64,000 bases of DNA from Ferruginibacter sp. (GTDB lineage Bacteria > Bacteroidota > Bacteroidia > Chitinophagales > Chitinophagaceae). The stretch spans positions 482 to 64,481 of the forward strand of contig JAYTLA010000042.1 in assembly GCA_043729825.1 (NCBI GenBank), in the 5' to 3' direction. Below, piece by piece: positions 1 through 10,156 of this stretch; position 1 is the stretch's first letter; every line of letters starts with the position of its first letter. Under the pieces are notes generated by a model. The model saw only the letters and a list, made by a program, of their open reading frames with translations, was not told where the DNA came from and made no database searches. Both the position numbers and the translations under genes were made by a program.

Positions 1-1650
1 TTCTTCTGTTTCGTCCTGCATCGCAGGTTCCTCTACAGTAGTGCTTATAAAAGGCTGAGTTAGTTCCGGTAGTGCTTCATTCTCCTCCGCCGTTTCTAAG
101 GTTTCTTTAACTACTAGCGTCATCTCCAGTGCAGGTTCGTCGGCTTGCAGGGCAGGCTGATGCTGTAGTGGTTCCTCATTCGATTTTGTGGATTTGATTT
201 GCTCTGGCTTTACCTCTGCATAAATTTGCGTTGGTTTTACCAGAAAGCCTCCCGACGAAAGTTGGCTTGTATTGCTAGCTTCTTTTTTTACATTATCAAT
301 CGATACCTGTGCTTTTATTTCTTCCTTTATAACTTGTTTTGGTAATGCTGCTATAAATTCTGTATCAAATTGTATTACAGGTATCTGATCTGATGATGAA
401 GATATTTCAAAAAAGATTTTTTCGTCGCTGGTTTTATCCACAGTATTTTTACGTAGTAGTTCTACTTCATCCCCTTCCGAAAGCGTTGCTAGCATTGCGT
501 TTGAAGCCTTTTCTTGCTCTGCTTTTTCTACCATAGCTTGTACGCTCGTATCTTCAAATTGAAGCGTTGGCTGGGTGGTATTTTGAGGTGCATTTGCAGT
601 TACATTCATGTCTAAATGCATCACTACTTTTTCTTCTTTTGGTGCTTCTATTACTTCTTCTATTTGTTGTTTTGGAAATGGATCTTTGTGCTCAAACCCT
701 GTGGCTATAAGTGTTATACTTATTTGTGCTCCTAATGAGCTGTCGTATCCTAATCCTAAAATTACGTCGGTATCATCGCCTGCTTGGCTTAATATATAAT
801 TTTGAATTACCTCTACTTCATCCATCGTAAACTCGTGTTCTCCTTCGGCAGAGTTGATGTTGATAAGTATCCATTTTGCTCCACGAATATCATTGTCATT
901 TAGCAATGGAGATGTCAATGCATTTTCTACAGCAATGTGTGCACGGTTTTCGCCTTCGGCAGTTGCGCTTCCTAAAATAGCCACGCCACCATTGCTCATT
1001 ACGGTGCATACATCGGCAAAATCTACATTTATTTGCCCTGTACTATTTATAACATCGGTAATACATTTTGCTGCTGTTGCTAAAATATCATCGGCTTTAT
1101 TAAAAGCTTCTTTCATTTTTAAATTGCCAAATTGATGACGCAATTTATCGTTGCTTATCACCAACAAAGTGTCAACATGGTTTTTCAACAACATAATACC
1201 TTCTTCTGCTTGTGCTACTCTTTTTTTGCCTTCGTATGCAAATGGTGTGGTTACAATACCAACAGTAAGTATGCCTAAATCTTTACAAATTTTTGCAATG
1301 ATGGGTGCACCACCTGTACCTGTACCACCGCCCATACCTGCGGTTATAAAAGCCATCTTCGTATTTACTTCTAAAATTCTTTTTATTTCTTCTAAACTTT
1401 CTTCGGTAGCTTCTTTACCTACTTTTGGGTTTGCACCTGCACCAAGCCCTTGCGTTAGGTGCGGACCAAGCTGTATTTTATTGGGCACTTTACTTTGTGC
1501 AATGGCTTGCGCATCTGTATTGCAAATAATAAAGTTTACGCCCTCTATGTTTTGTGCAAACATGTGGTTTACTGCATTGCTTCCGCCGCCGCCGATGCCT
1601 ATCACTTTTATGATAGAGGACTGGTCTTTGGGCAAATCAAAATGTATCAT
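1..1650 (-). CDS. ftsZ: Cell division protein FtsZ (3' end outside window; not in ORF track)
   Basis: Minus-strand ATG at 1650 reads MIHFDLPKDQSSIIKVIGIGGGGSNA; tubulin signature AGMGGGTGTG near 1310-1345; follows ftsA. Confidence 0.97.
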   Translation of the reverse strand, partial: MIHFDLPKDQSSIIKVIGIGGGGSNAVNHMFAQNIEGVNFIICNTDAQAIAQSKVPNKIQLGPHLTQGLGAGANPKVGKEATEESLEEIKRILEVNTKMAFITAGMGGGTGTGGAPIIAKICKDLGILTVGIVTTPFAYEGKKRVAQAEEGIMLLKNHVDTLLVISNDKLRHQFGNLKMKEAFNKADDILATAAKCITDVINSTGQINVDFADVCTVMSNGGVAILGSATAEGENRAHIAVENALTSPLLNDNDIRGAKWILININSAEGEHEFTMDEVEVIQNYILSQAGDDTDVILGLGYDSSLGAQISITLIATGFEHKDPFPKQQIEEVIEAPKEEKVVMHLDMNVTANAPQNTTQPTLQFEDTSVQAMVEKAEQEKASNAMLATLSEGDEVELLRKNTVDKTSDEKIFFEISSSSDQIPVIQFDTEFIAALPKQVIKEEIKAQVSIDNVKKEASNTSQLSSGGFLVKPTQIYAEVKPEQIKSTKSNEEPLQHQPALQADEPALEMTLVVKETLETAEENEALPELTQPFISTTVEEPAMQDETEE

Positions 1651-1863
1651 GTTGTTCGAATTTAATGTAAGTAATTAAGTTGCGAGTTACGGGTTGTTGA
1701 GTTACGGGTTAGGGCTTCTCAAAAAACGCACTCCATTTATTTTATTTTATTTCTATTTTAAATTAATTTTATTTTTCACCGCAGAGAAAAGAGTTAATGG
1801 AGTTTTCGCTGAGAGATTGATCTAAAAAAACATTCAACCTTCAACCTTCAACTTTGAACTGCT

Positions 1864-3255
1864 TTATAACTCTTCATCCCCTTCCTCTTTAAACATTTCT
1901 ATCAAATTTGTTTTAAAACTATCCATAAAACCTTTAATGGTTTTTTTACGCTTTACAACTTCGGTTTCTTTTTCTTCAAATGATGATGATGTTAATGAAG
2001 TAGAAAGTTCATCGGCTGCTACAGGCGCTTCTTGCATAATACCAGTACCCGAAACTTTGATAAAATTATTATCGAATTTTTTGTTTTTATTTTCGTAATC
2101 GTTATAGCCTTTTAAAATTAAACCAATACATGTGCTATACATTGGCTTGCTCAACTCATCTATATGACCGCCAGATAAATGCTCATTAGGGAAACCGATA
2201 CGTGCATTTAAACCAGTAATATACTCAGTAAGTTGTATCAAATGCTTTAGCTGAGAACCACCACCGGTGAGGATTACACCGCCATTTAGCATTCTACTAT
2301 CTAGGCCTACTTGCTTTAAATGATAGGTTACAAAATCCATAATCTCACTCATGCGTGCTTGTATAATGCTGGCAAGATTTTTTACAGAAATTTCTTTTGG
2401 TGCCATACCACGTAAGCCTGGTATAGTTATAAATGCGTTGGTTTTAGTTTCGTCTGCCAATGCACTTCCAAATTGTATTTTCATTTGCTCGGCTTGGGTT
2501 TTTAAAACACCCAAACCAGTTTTTATATCGTTGGTAATGTTTTCGCCACCGAAAGGAATTACAGCTGTATGCTTTAAAATACCTTCGTAAAAAACGGCTA
2601 AATCTGTAGTGCCACCACCTATATCAACAATGGCTACACCCGCTTCCAAATCTTGATCGCACATTACCGCTGCAGCAGATGCCAATGGTTGCAAAACCAA
2701 GTCTTGTGTTTTTAAACCAGATTTTTCTACACTGCGATTAATGTTTCTGATGGCATTTTTATCGCCAGTGATGATGTGAAAATTTGCTCCAACTTTTACA
2801 CCACTATATCCAATAGGGTTTGGTATATTTTGAAAATTATCTACCGTAAATTCTTGCGGAATAACATCGATAATTTGATCGCCTGCTGGTATGTATGTAC
2901 GATACTGATCTGCAATCAATCTATCAATTTCATCTTGCCTAATTTCTTCTTCGTTGTGCTGACGAACAATATCGCCACGGGTTTGCAAACTTTTTATGTG
3001 ATGCCCTGCAATGCCCACGTACACCTCGTTTATGGCAAGGTTAGGGTTAGATGCATAGCAATTTTCTAAAGCACTTTGTATGGCTTTAATGGTTTGATCG
3101 ATGTTAAGCACCATGCCATGTTGCACACCATTGCTATTGGCTCTTCCAAAGCCCAATATTTCTAGTTTGCCATGCTCGTTTTTACGGCCTGCTATGGCTG
3201 CAATTTTTGTGGTACCAATGTCTAATCCTACGATTACTGGTTGTTCTTGATTCAT
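1864..3255 (-). CDS. ftsA: Cell division protein FtsA
   Basis: VGLDIGTTKI and VDIGGGTTD actin-like ATPase motifs; dcw position. Confidence 0.97.
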   Translation of the reverse strand: MNQEQPVIVGLDIGTTKIAAIAGRKNEHGKLEILGFGRANSNGVQHGMVLNIDQTIKAIQSALENCYASNPNLAINEVYVGIAGHHIKSLQTRGDIVRQHNEEEIRQDEIDRLIADQYRTYIPAGDQIIDVIPQEFTVDNFQNIPNPIGYSGVKVGANFHIITGDKNAIRNINRSVEKSGLKTQDLVLQPLASAAAVMCDQDLEAGVAIVDIGGGTTDLAVFYEGILKHTAVIPFGGENITNDIKTGLGVLKTQAEQMKIQFGSALADETKTNAFITIPGLRGMAPKEISVKNLASIIQARMSEIMDFVTYHLKQVGLDSRMLNGGVILTGGGSQLKHLIQLTEYITGLNARIGFPNEHLSGGHIDELSKPMYSTCIGLILKGYNDYENKNKKFDNNFIKVSGTGIMQEAPVAADELSTSLTSSSFEEKETEVVKRKKTIKGFMDSFKTNLIEMFKEEGDEEL

Positions 3256-3270
3256 GTGTGTGTGTTTTAC

Positions 3271-3299
3271 AGCCCCCTAAATCCCCCGAAGGGGGACTT
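3271..3299 (+). repeat. REP-like family 1 copy (others: 4741-4772, 19569-19625 tandem, 20960-20991, 21208-21241 inverted, degenerate 38452-38482)
   Basis: AGCCyCCyTAAAyCCyyCCGAAGGrGGGACTT-type hairpin. Confidence 0.8.
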
Positions 3300-3389
3300 G
3301 TGAACGTTGTGTTTAATTTTTGTTTGTGTGTTTTATCGAACTATTGCTTTTAATCTTGTGTCTAATATCTAAAATCTTTTGTCTATTCT

Positions 3390-4667
3390 TTAATAATCAT
3401 TTGCTGGTTTCTTTACTACTGGTTTTGGTTTTTGCTGCAGCACAGGTTTTATTATTACTGGTTTTGCAGGCATTGTTACGCTTGGTTTCGGTTTTGCTAC
3501 AACGGCTGTAACACGAGGTGTTACAGCTATTGCAGCAGGTTTTTTTGTAGGAGGTTTCACAATAGGAGGTTTTCCCACAGGTGGTTTTTTAATAGGAATT
3601 TTTTTAACAGCTGGTTTTATAGGAACAATTTGTGGCTTTGCTATTACTGGTTTTGTAACAACTGTCACTAGTTTTATTTCAATTGGTTTTGCAATGCTGC
3701 TCTCAGAAGGGGCTATGCCTTCATCTTCTCTCTCCACAGATTGTTCTACCATTGCACTATCGGTATTATTTTTATCCATGTCAGCAATAAATACTTGAGA
3801 CGAATCTGCAGATTGTCTTGTTGCATTTTCTACAATAGATTGCATTAATTGTAATGTTCTTAAAGAATCTTCTACTATATCTAGAGCTCCTCTTACAGTT
3901 GCTACTACTTGGTTTTTATATTGTAAGTTAACGCTGTTGTATCTGTTCCATCCCGCTTGTGCAACAATGGTTTTGTAAAACATTTTTAGTTTTTCAAATT
4001 TCAAATCGACATCGGTTGCATCTCCAAAAATAATTTTTTGATTACCAATTTTTGGTACCATTTCAAAATTACGTGCAGCTGTAACATCCACCTGCTCTAT
4101 CATTGCCATCAAAAATGAATCAGCCGTTATTTTTGAGCTAATGTTTTTTATATCTAACAGCAAAATACTATCGGCAGCAGATATATATTTTCCATTTGAA
4201 ATAAAGCCAGTAAATATTGGCAACCTTGCAGAAAATTTATCGCTCAGTGGTAACATTTTGCAGCTACTATCTATGTAAAAACTATTTCCAGTATTTGTAA
4301 ACAATCTTGCTATAGGTTCTCTTTCATCTATAGAAACTTTTAGTACATTATTATTATCAAAAAACAACTCTGCATTTTTTATCCAAATATTTTTTTCTAA
4401 CTCTTTTTCTATTTGCTTTAAGTTAATTTCCGCTAAAGACCTTTGTTGTGTAGTATCACCACCCAAATTTTTAATGATAGCATACACATCATTTTTGTCA
4501 ATAAAAAAATTATTGTTTTCACCCGATATTTCTATTTCTACCGCTTTGCAAACTTTAGCCTCTTTATTATGCACCGCCGAAATGAGCAATGTAATGCATA
4601 CAATACCTATCAACATCCAAACAATGCTGCGTATTATTTTTTTAGTATTGTATTTTGTATTACCCAT
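3390..4667 (-). CDS. ftsQ: FtsQ/DivIB with Pro/Lys-rich C-terminal extension
   Basis: N-terminal TM, POTRA-like region, EREPIAR, NLQYKNQVV; between murC and ftsA. Confidence 0.88.
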   Translation of the reverse strand: MGNTKYNTKKIIRSIVWMLIGIVCITLLISAVHNKEAKVCKAVEIEISGENNNFFIDKNDVYAIIKNLGGDTTQQRSLAEINLKQIEKELEKNIWIKNAELFFDNNNVLKVSIDEREPIARLFTNTGNSFYIDSSCKMLPLSDKFSARLPIFTGFISNGKYISAADSILLLDIKNISSKITADSFLMAMIEQVDVTAARNFEMVPKIGNQKIIFGDATDVDLKFEKLKMFYKTIVAQAGWNRYNSVNLQYKNQVVATVRGALDIVEDSLRTLQLMQSIVENATRQSADSSQVFIADMDKNNTDSAMVEQSVEREDEGIAPSESSIAKPIEIKLVTVVTKPVIAKPQIVPIKPAVKKIPIKKPPVGKPPIVKPPTKKPAAIAVTPRVTAVVAKPKPSVTMPAKPVIIKPVLQQKPKPVVKKPANDY

Positions 4668-6078
4668 TATTTCTTTGTAATAATTTTTTTATTGGTTCTA
4701 CCATTGTATCAATATCTCCGGCTCCTGCTGTTATAATAAGAGCCTCCCTAAATCCCTCCGAAGGAGGGACTTTAGAGCTCTGCAAATATTGCAGCAAGTC
4801 TTTTTTTTCGATAATCTTTACTTTTCTATTGCTCATTTTATTCGAAATCAATTCGCTTGTCACCCCTTCCATTGGCAGTTCTCTTGCAGGGTATATGGGC
4901 AATAAAATTGTTTCATCAGCCATGCTTAATACTTCTGCAAAGTCATCCGCCAAATCTTTTGTTCTACTAAACAAATGTGGTTGAAAAATAACCGTACATT
5001 TTTTTGCAGGAAATAAATTTTTTGCGCCTTCTATCAATGCTCGTAATTCTTCAGGGTGGTGTGCGTAGTCGTCTATCATAATCACTCCCTCACCCCTTCC
5101 CTCTCCACTTCGTGGAGAGGGTGGTATTATATATTCAAATCTCCGCTTCACTCCTTTAAAAGAACTTACCCCAGCCTTTATTTTATCATCGCCTATCTTC
5201 AAATACTTGGCTACACCTATGGCTGCTATTACGTTTTCAATGTTGTGCAAGCCACCCATGTTTAGCACAACATTTTTTATTGTCCAAAAATTATTTACCA
5301 CATCAAATTGATATGCACCATTATTTATTTCTAAATTATCGATATGAATGTTTGCATTTTTATCGCTAAAAGAATACGTGCATATATCTTTTATTGTAAA
5401 ATCATTGATGCGTTTTAATCCATGCTTTACGATCAAACAACCATTTTCCTTTATCTTATTCGTAAATTCTACAAATGCATCTTGCATGTTTTCTTCTGTG
5501 CCATAAATGTCTAAATGATCAGCATCCATAGAAGTAATAATGGCTACATCTGGTTTCAATTTCAAAAAACTTCTATCGTACTCATCTGCCTCTGCTACCG
5601 AAACATTGTTATCACTACCCCAATAATTGGTATCATAGTTTGCAACTATACCTCCCAAAAATGCGTTGCAACCAAAGCCACTACCTCTTAAAATATGCGC
5701 CACCATTGCACTCGTAGTTGTTTTACCATGCGTACCTGCTACACATACATTAAAACTATTTTCGGTTAGCAAACCCAATACATCACTACGTTTTAGTAGC
5801 AAGTAATTATTGTCTTTATAAAAATTTAATTCGCTGTGCGATGATGGAACAGCTGGCGTATAAACCACCACATCTGCATTTTTATCTATCAACGCTACAT
5901 CATCCGTAAAATGAATATCAATTCCTTCTGCCGCCAATTTTTTTGTAAGTGCTGTTTCTGTTTTATCGTAGCCACTCACTTTTACACCTCGTTCATTAAA
6001 ACATCTTGCCAGCGCACTCATACCTATGCCACCAATGCCTAGGAAATAAACCGACGATATTTTATTTATGTCTATCAT
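4660..6078 (-). CDS. murC: UDP-N-acetylmuramate--L-alanine ligase
   Basis: GIGGIGMSALA, GTHGKTTT, DDYAHHP, FQPHLFSRT. Confidence 0.97.
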   Translation of the reverse strand: MIDINKISSVYFLGIGGIGMSALARCFNERGVKVSGYDKTETALTKKLAAEGIDIHFTDDVALIDKNADVVVYTPAVPSSHSELNFYKDNNYLLLKRSDVLGLLTENSFNVCVAGTHGKTTTSAMVAHILRGSGFGCNAFLGGIVANYDTNYWGSDNNVSVAEADEYDRSFLKLKPDVAIITSMDADHLDIYGTEENMQDAFVEFTNKIKENGCLIVKHGLKRINDFTIKDICTYSFSDKNANIHIDNLEINNGAYQFDVVNNFWTIKNVVLNMGGLHNIENVIAAIGVAKYLKIGDDKIKAGVSSFKGVKRRFEYIIPPSPRSGEGRGEGVIMIDDYAHHPEELRALIEGAKNLFPAKKCTVIFQPHLFSRTKDLADDFAEVLSMADETILLPIYPARELPMEGVTSELISNKMSNRKVKIIEKKDLLQYLQSSKVPPSEGFREALIITAGAGDIDTMVEPIKKLLQRNNG

Positions 6079-7199
6079 GCGTTGTTAATTGCTTGCAAAA
6101 TTTTGAATGCTATTATTTCATCCGCATTTTTTATGGCCAATGTTGAAATATTATTTTTTAATTCATCTTGCAAATTTTCATCTGCTATTAATTTTAACAA
6201 TGTGTTTACCAAATCATTTCCTGCATCATCATCTTTTACTATCAATGCAGCATTTTTTTCTACCAAAGCTCTTGCATTAGCCGTTTGATGATCTTCCGCT
6301 GCATATGGGTAAGGCACAAATATCACAGGCTTCTTTACCAAACAAAGTTCTGCCACTGCCATTGCTCCACTCCTACTTATTACTACATCAGCCGCACCAT
6401 AAGCATATTCCATTTGTGTAATAAAATCTTTCATACAAATTTCATTGTGCCCATTCACTGTTGCTAATGCCGTTTCAAAATATGGTTTGCCAGTTTGCCA
6501 TATCAATTGCAAATTATTTTTTGCAAATGCTTCTATATTTTTATTAATAGCTTCATTTATAGATTTTGCACCAAGGCTACCACCAACTACCAATACTGTT
6601 TTTTTATTTTCTTGCAATCCCAAAAATTTCAAACTTCCACTTTTAGAAACTTGGCTTTGGGTTATCGATTGCCTTACAGGATTTCCCGTTTTCACAATTT
6701 TACTTAGCGGAAAAAATGTTTCCATATTATCCGATGCCGTAAAAATTTGCGTAGCTTTTTTGCCCAACAAAATATTGCTCTTACCTGCAAACGAATTGCT
6801 CTCGTGTATAAACGTTGGTATATTTTTGCTTTGTGCAAAACGCAATACCGGAAAACTAGAATAGCCACCAACACCAATAACAGCATGTGGTTTAAAGTTT
6901 TTAATAATTTTAGAAACTTGCAAAAAGCTTTTTAAAATCTTAAAGGGCAATCCAATATTTTTTATCAAAGAACTTCTATCAAAACCCGCTATATCTAATC
7001 CTTTTATTTCATAACCCGCTTGCGGTACTTTTTCCATTTCCATTTTTCCTTTTGCACCTACAAATAAAAACTGTGTATCGGGTTTTATTTTTTTTATAGC
7101 ATTTGCAATAGCAATTGCTGGAAAAATATGCCCACCAGTACCACCACCAGCAATGATGATGCGCAAATTATTTTCTACTATTTTTTTTTCGTCACTCAT
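6075..7199 (-). CDS. murG: Lipid II GlcNAc transferase MurG
   Basis: GGGTGGHIFP, TGNPVR, GGSLGA, DHQTANA. Confidence 0.97.
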   Translation of the reverse strand: MSDEKKIVENNLRIIIAGGGTGGHIFPAIAIANAIKKIKPDTQFLFVGAKGKMEMEKVPQAGYEIKGLDIAGFDRSSLIKNIGLPFKILKSFLQVSKIIKNFKPHAVIGVGGYSSFPVLRFAQSKNIPTFIHESNSFAGKSNILLGKKATQIFTASDNMETFFPLSKIVKTGNPVRQSITQSQVSKSGSLKFLGLQENKKTVLVVGGSLGAKSINEAINKNIEAFAKNNLQLIWQTGKPYFETALATVNGHNEICMKDFITQMEYAYGAADVVISRSGAMAVAELCLVKKPVIFVPYPYAAEDHQTANARALVEKNAALIVKDDDAGNDLVNTLLKLIADENLQDELKNNISTLAIKNADEIIAFKILQAINNA

Positions 7200-8491
7200 T
7201 ATGCTGCTACTATTTCTTTTTCTTCTCTATTATCTTTTAATGCTTGCAATGCAGCTTTTCCTTCTTGCTGATCCACATTTCTAGATACACTTAATATTAT
7301 TCCAATGCTTAAACAAGTGAACAAAAAACTACTTCCACCCATACTCACCAATGGCAATGTAACACCCGTGTTCGGAAACAAATTTACATTTACACCCATG
7401 TTGGCTATAGCCTGTATAACTAGCGTAAAACTCAATGCCAATGCGAGAAAAGCTCCAAATGCATAAGGGCATTTTCTATAAATTCTTATACATCTATATA
7501 AAAATAATAAATAAATACAACACATAAAAGCGGCTCCAAAAATGCCATACTCTTCTATTATTATTGCATAAATAAAATCACTATAACTATGTGGCAAAAA
7601 ATTTCTTGCTTGACTTCTTCCAGGCCCTCTGCCTAACCATCCGCCACTTGCTATCGCAATTTTTGCTTGGTTTATTTGATACAATTTATCGCTATTATCT
7701 TCTTTTTTACTATATACAAAAGTTTGTATTCTACTTATCCATGTTGGTATTCTTCCTGCTGCCAAAATAGATGGCAATTTTTTTGATGCCCCTTTTTCTT
7801 TGTCATAAGTCGTAACCGCAATAGAAATTAAAAACAATACCGGAATCATGGCCATGCCCATTGTAAGCAAAATATGTTTTGAGCTTACCCTACCAATAAA
7901 CATCAACACAAAACTTGTACCTGCCACCAATACTGCTGTAGATAAATTAGCTGGCGCTATCAATAAACATATTATAGCAACGGGTACTACAATTGGTAAA
8001 AACCCTTTTTTAAAATCTTTTATCACTGCTTGCTTTCTACTGAGCTGTCGGCTGAGATACATGAACAGTGCAAGTTTTGCCAAATCCGATGTTTGAAAAG
8101 TCATGTTTATCACCGGTAATTTTATCCAACGACTTCCTGCATTTAATTGCACACCAAATAGTAAAGTGTATAACAATAATGGCACAGAAATTAAAAATAA
8201 AATCAACGCCACTCTTGAGTACAACGTATAATTAATTCTGTGTGCAAAATAAATAACCATTATACCAAGCATAATAAATGCAAACTGCTTAAACAAATAA
8301 CTTTCGGTACTCTTGCTCATACGATACGCAAGCGAGCCAGTGCTACTATACACGAGCAACAAACTTGCTACAGTAAGTATCACCACTATCGCCCATATTA
8401 CACGATCACCTTTTGTTTTTTGCACAAGGTTATCGCCCATATTTGCAATGTCTGGCGTAAAAAAATCTCGTATCGTATTTGCTTCTTGCAT
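7199..8491 (-). CDS. ftsW: SEDS peptidoglycan glycosyltransferase FtsW
   Basis: Multi-TM; SRWI, LPHSYSDFIYAII, GVTLPLVSMGGSS. Confidence 0.95.
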   Translation of the reverse strand: MQEANTIRDFFTPDIANMGDNLVQKTKGDRVIWAIVVILTVASLLLVYSSTGSLAYRMSKSTESYLFKQFAFIMLGIMVIYFAHRINYTLYSRVALILFLISVPLLLYTLLFGVQLNAGSRWIKLPVINMTFQTSDLAKLALFMYLSRQLSRKQAVIKDFKKGFLPIVVPVAIICLLIAPANLSTAVLVAGTSFVLMFIGRVSSKHILLTMGMAMIPVLFLISIAVTTYDKEKGASKKLPSILAAGRIPTWISRIQTFVYSKKEDNSDKLYQINQAKIAIASGGWLGRGPGRSQARNFLPHSYSDFIYAIIIEEYGIFGAAFMCCIYLLFLYRCIRIYRKCPYAFGAFLALALSFTLVIQAIANMGVNVNLFPNTGVTLPLVSMGGSSFLFTCLSIGIILSVSRNVDQQEGKAALQALKDNREEKEIVAA

Positions 8492-8502
8492 TTATTTTTT
8501 AT

Positions 8503-8783
8503 GTTAGCCTGAGCTTGTCGAAGGCTATAACACCTAAGAAAATCAGACATTTTATTTTTTCTTTTTTTTCGAGCCGAAGAACTTCGATTGAACTTCAGTG
8601 GTCCCGCATTCGGCGGAACTCCGTTGAAAAGCGTATCACTATTTAGCTTCTATCTACTTTTGCCCTTCCAATTATTTCCGTCAAATTATTATACTGTCAG
8701 CCTGAGCTTGTCGAAGGCGGTGCAAAATAATTACAAGAACGATTTAATAAAGATTAACCCGCCTTCGACAAGCTTAGGCTAAC
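8503..8783. repeat. Composite repeat region between murD and ftsW
   Basis: AGCCTGAGCTTGTCGAAGGC at ~8506 and ~8699; inverted GCCTTCGACAAGCTTAGGCT at 8761. Confidence 0.8.
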
Positions 8784-8802
8784 CTCTTTTAATTTCATGT
8801 CT

Positions 8803-10143
8803 TTACAAATCCTTCACCGCCTTCTTAAACTGTATTCCTCTATCCTCATAATTTGTAAACAAATCAAAACTTGCACATGCAGGGCTCAGCAAAACCACAT
8901 CGCCTTTTTCTGCAAAATGAAAAGCAGACTGTACAGCATCTTTTGCATTATCTACATTCACCATCAGCGACACCACATCGCCAAAAGCTTCATGTATTTT
9001 TGAATTATCTGTCCCTAAACACACAATGGCTTTTACTTTTTCTACCACCAATTCTTTTAATACTTCATAATCATTTCCTTTATCTACACCACCCAAAATT
9101 AATATCACTGGCTTTTTCATACTCTCCAATGCGTACCAAGTGCTATTTATATTTGTTGCTTTACTATCGTTTATAAATTCCACACCACGTATCGTTACTA
9201 CAGGCTCCATGCGGTGTTCCAAGCTTTCAAAAGTTTGCAAAGCTTCTCTAATTTTTTCTTTTCTAATACCTACTGCAAACCCTGCCATACTTCCTGCCAT
9301 ACCATTATATTGATTGTGTTTCCCTTTTACAGCAAAATCTAGCACGTTCATTTGCATTTCTTCACTTTTCCACTTAATATGCATTTGTGCGTTTGTTAGA
9401 TATGCGCCTTCCGGTAATTCTTTACTCATGGTAATTGGTGCTTTTATTGATCTAAAGGAATATTTATTTAAATTATTTATTGTTGTTTCATCATCCAGAT
9501 TATAAATGAACACATCTTCCTCTGTCTGATTTTCTATTATTTTGAATTTGCTTTTTATATAATTATTTACATCATATTCGTATCTATCTAAATGATCTTC
9601 GGTTATGTTAGTTATAATCGCCACATCTGGTCTAAATGTTTTTATGTCATCCAACTGAAAAGAACTTACTTCCACCACATAGATTTTTTTCGGATCTTCT
9701 GCTACTTGCCTAGCAAACGAAAAGCCTATGTTACCTACCATTGCGCAATCTTCGCCAGCCAATTTGCAAATGTGATATGTAAGTGCGGTAGTAGTTGTTT
9801 TTCCATTACTTCCTGTTATCGCAATTATTTTACTATCGCCTTTGTATCTATATGCAAATTCTACTTCGCTAATTATTTCTATGCCCTTTGCTCTAATCTT
9901 TTTCACCAATTCATTCTTCTCAGGTATGCCAGGGCTTTTCATTACTACATCTGCCGAAAGAATTTTTTCTTCAGTATGAAGCCCTTCTTCAAACTCGATA
10001 CTATTTATTAAAAGATCTGATTTATAATTTTCTTTTATTACGCCTCCATCGCTTACAAACACTTCAAACCCTTGCTGCTTGGCCAGTATGGCTGTACCAA
10101 TTCCGCTTTCGCCAGCTCCAAGTATTACAATTTTCTTTTTCAC
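8803..10143 (-). CDS. murD: UDP-MurNAc-L-Ala--D-glutamate ligase
   Basis: GAGESG, GSNGKTTT, EVSSFQL, NDSKATN, LSPACASFD. Confidence 0.97.
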   Translation of the reverse strand: MKKKIVILGAGESGIGTAILAKQQGFEVFVSDGGVIKENYKSDLLINSIEFEEGLHTEEKILSADVVMKSPGIPEKNELVKKIRAKGIEIISEVEFAYRYKGDSKIIAITGSNGKTTTTALTYHICKLAGEDCAMVGNIGFSFARQVAEDPKKIYVVEVSSFQLDDIKTFRPDVAIITNITEDHLDRYEYDVNNYIKSKFKIIENQTEEDVFIYNLDDETTINNLNKYSFRSIKAPITMSKELPEGAYLTNAQMHIKWKSEEMQMNVLDFAVKGKHNQYNGMAGSMAGFAVGIRKEKIREALQTFESLEHRMEPVVTIRGVEFINDSKATNINSTWYALESMKKPVILILGGVDKGNDYEVLKELVVEKVKAIVCLGTDNSKIHEAFGDVVSLMVNVDNAKDAVQSAFHFAEKGDVVLLSPACASFDLFTNYEDRGIQFKKAVKDL

Positions 10144-10156
10144 TTTATCAAAAAAT

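Noticed and set aside
608-1678. Plus-strand ORFs over ftsZ, and the many short antisense or nested ORFs throughout the track
   Set aside because: Shadows of well-supported genes on the other strand or frame; no recognisable motifs
8773-8785. TTAGGCTAACCT resembling the DtxR box
   Set aside because: It is the arm of a REP-like repeat and is not at a promoter
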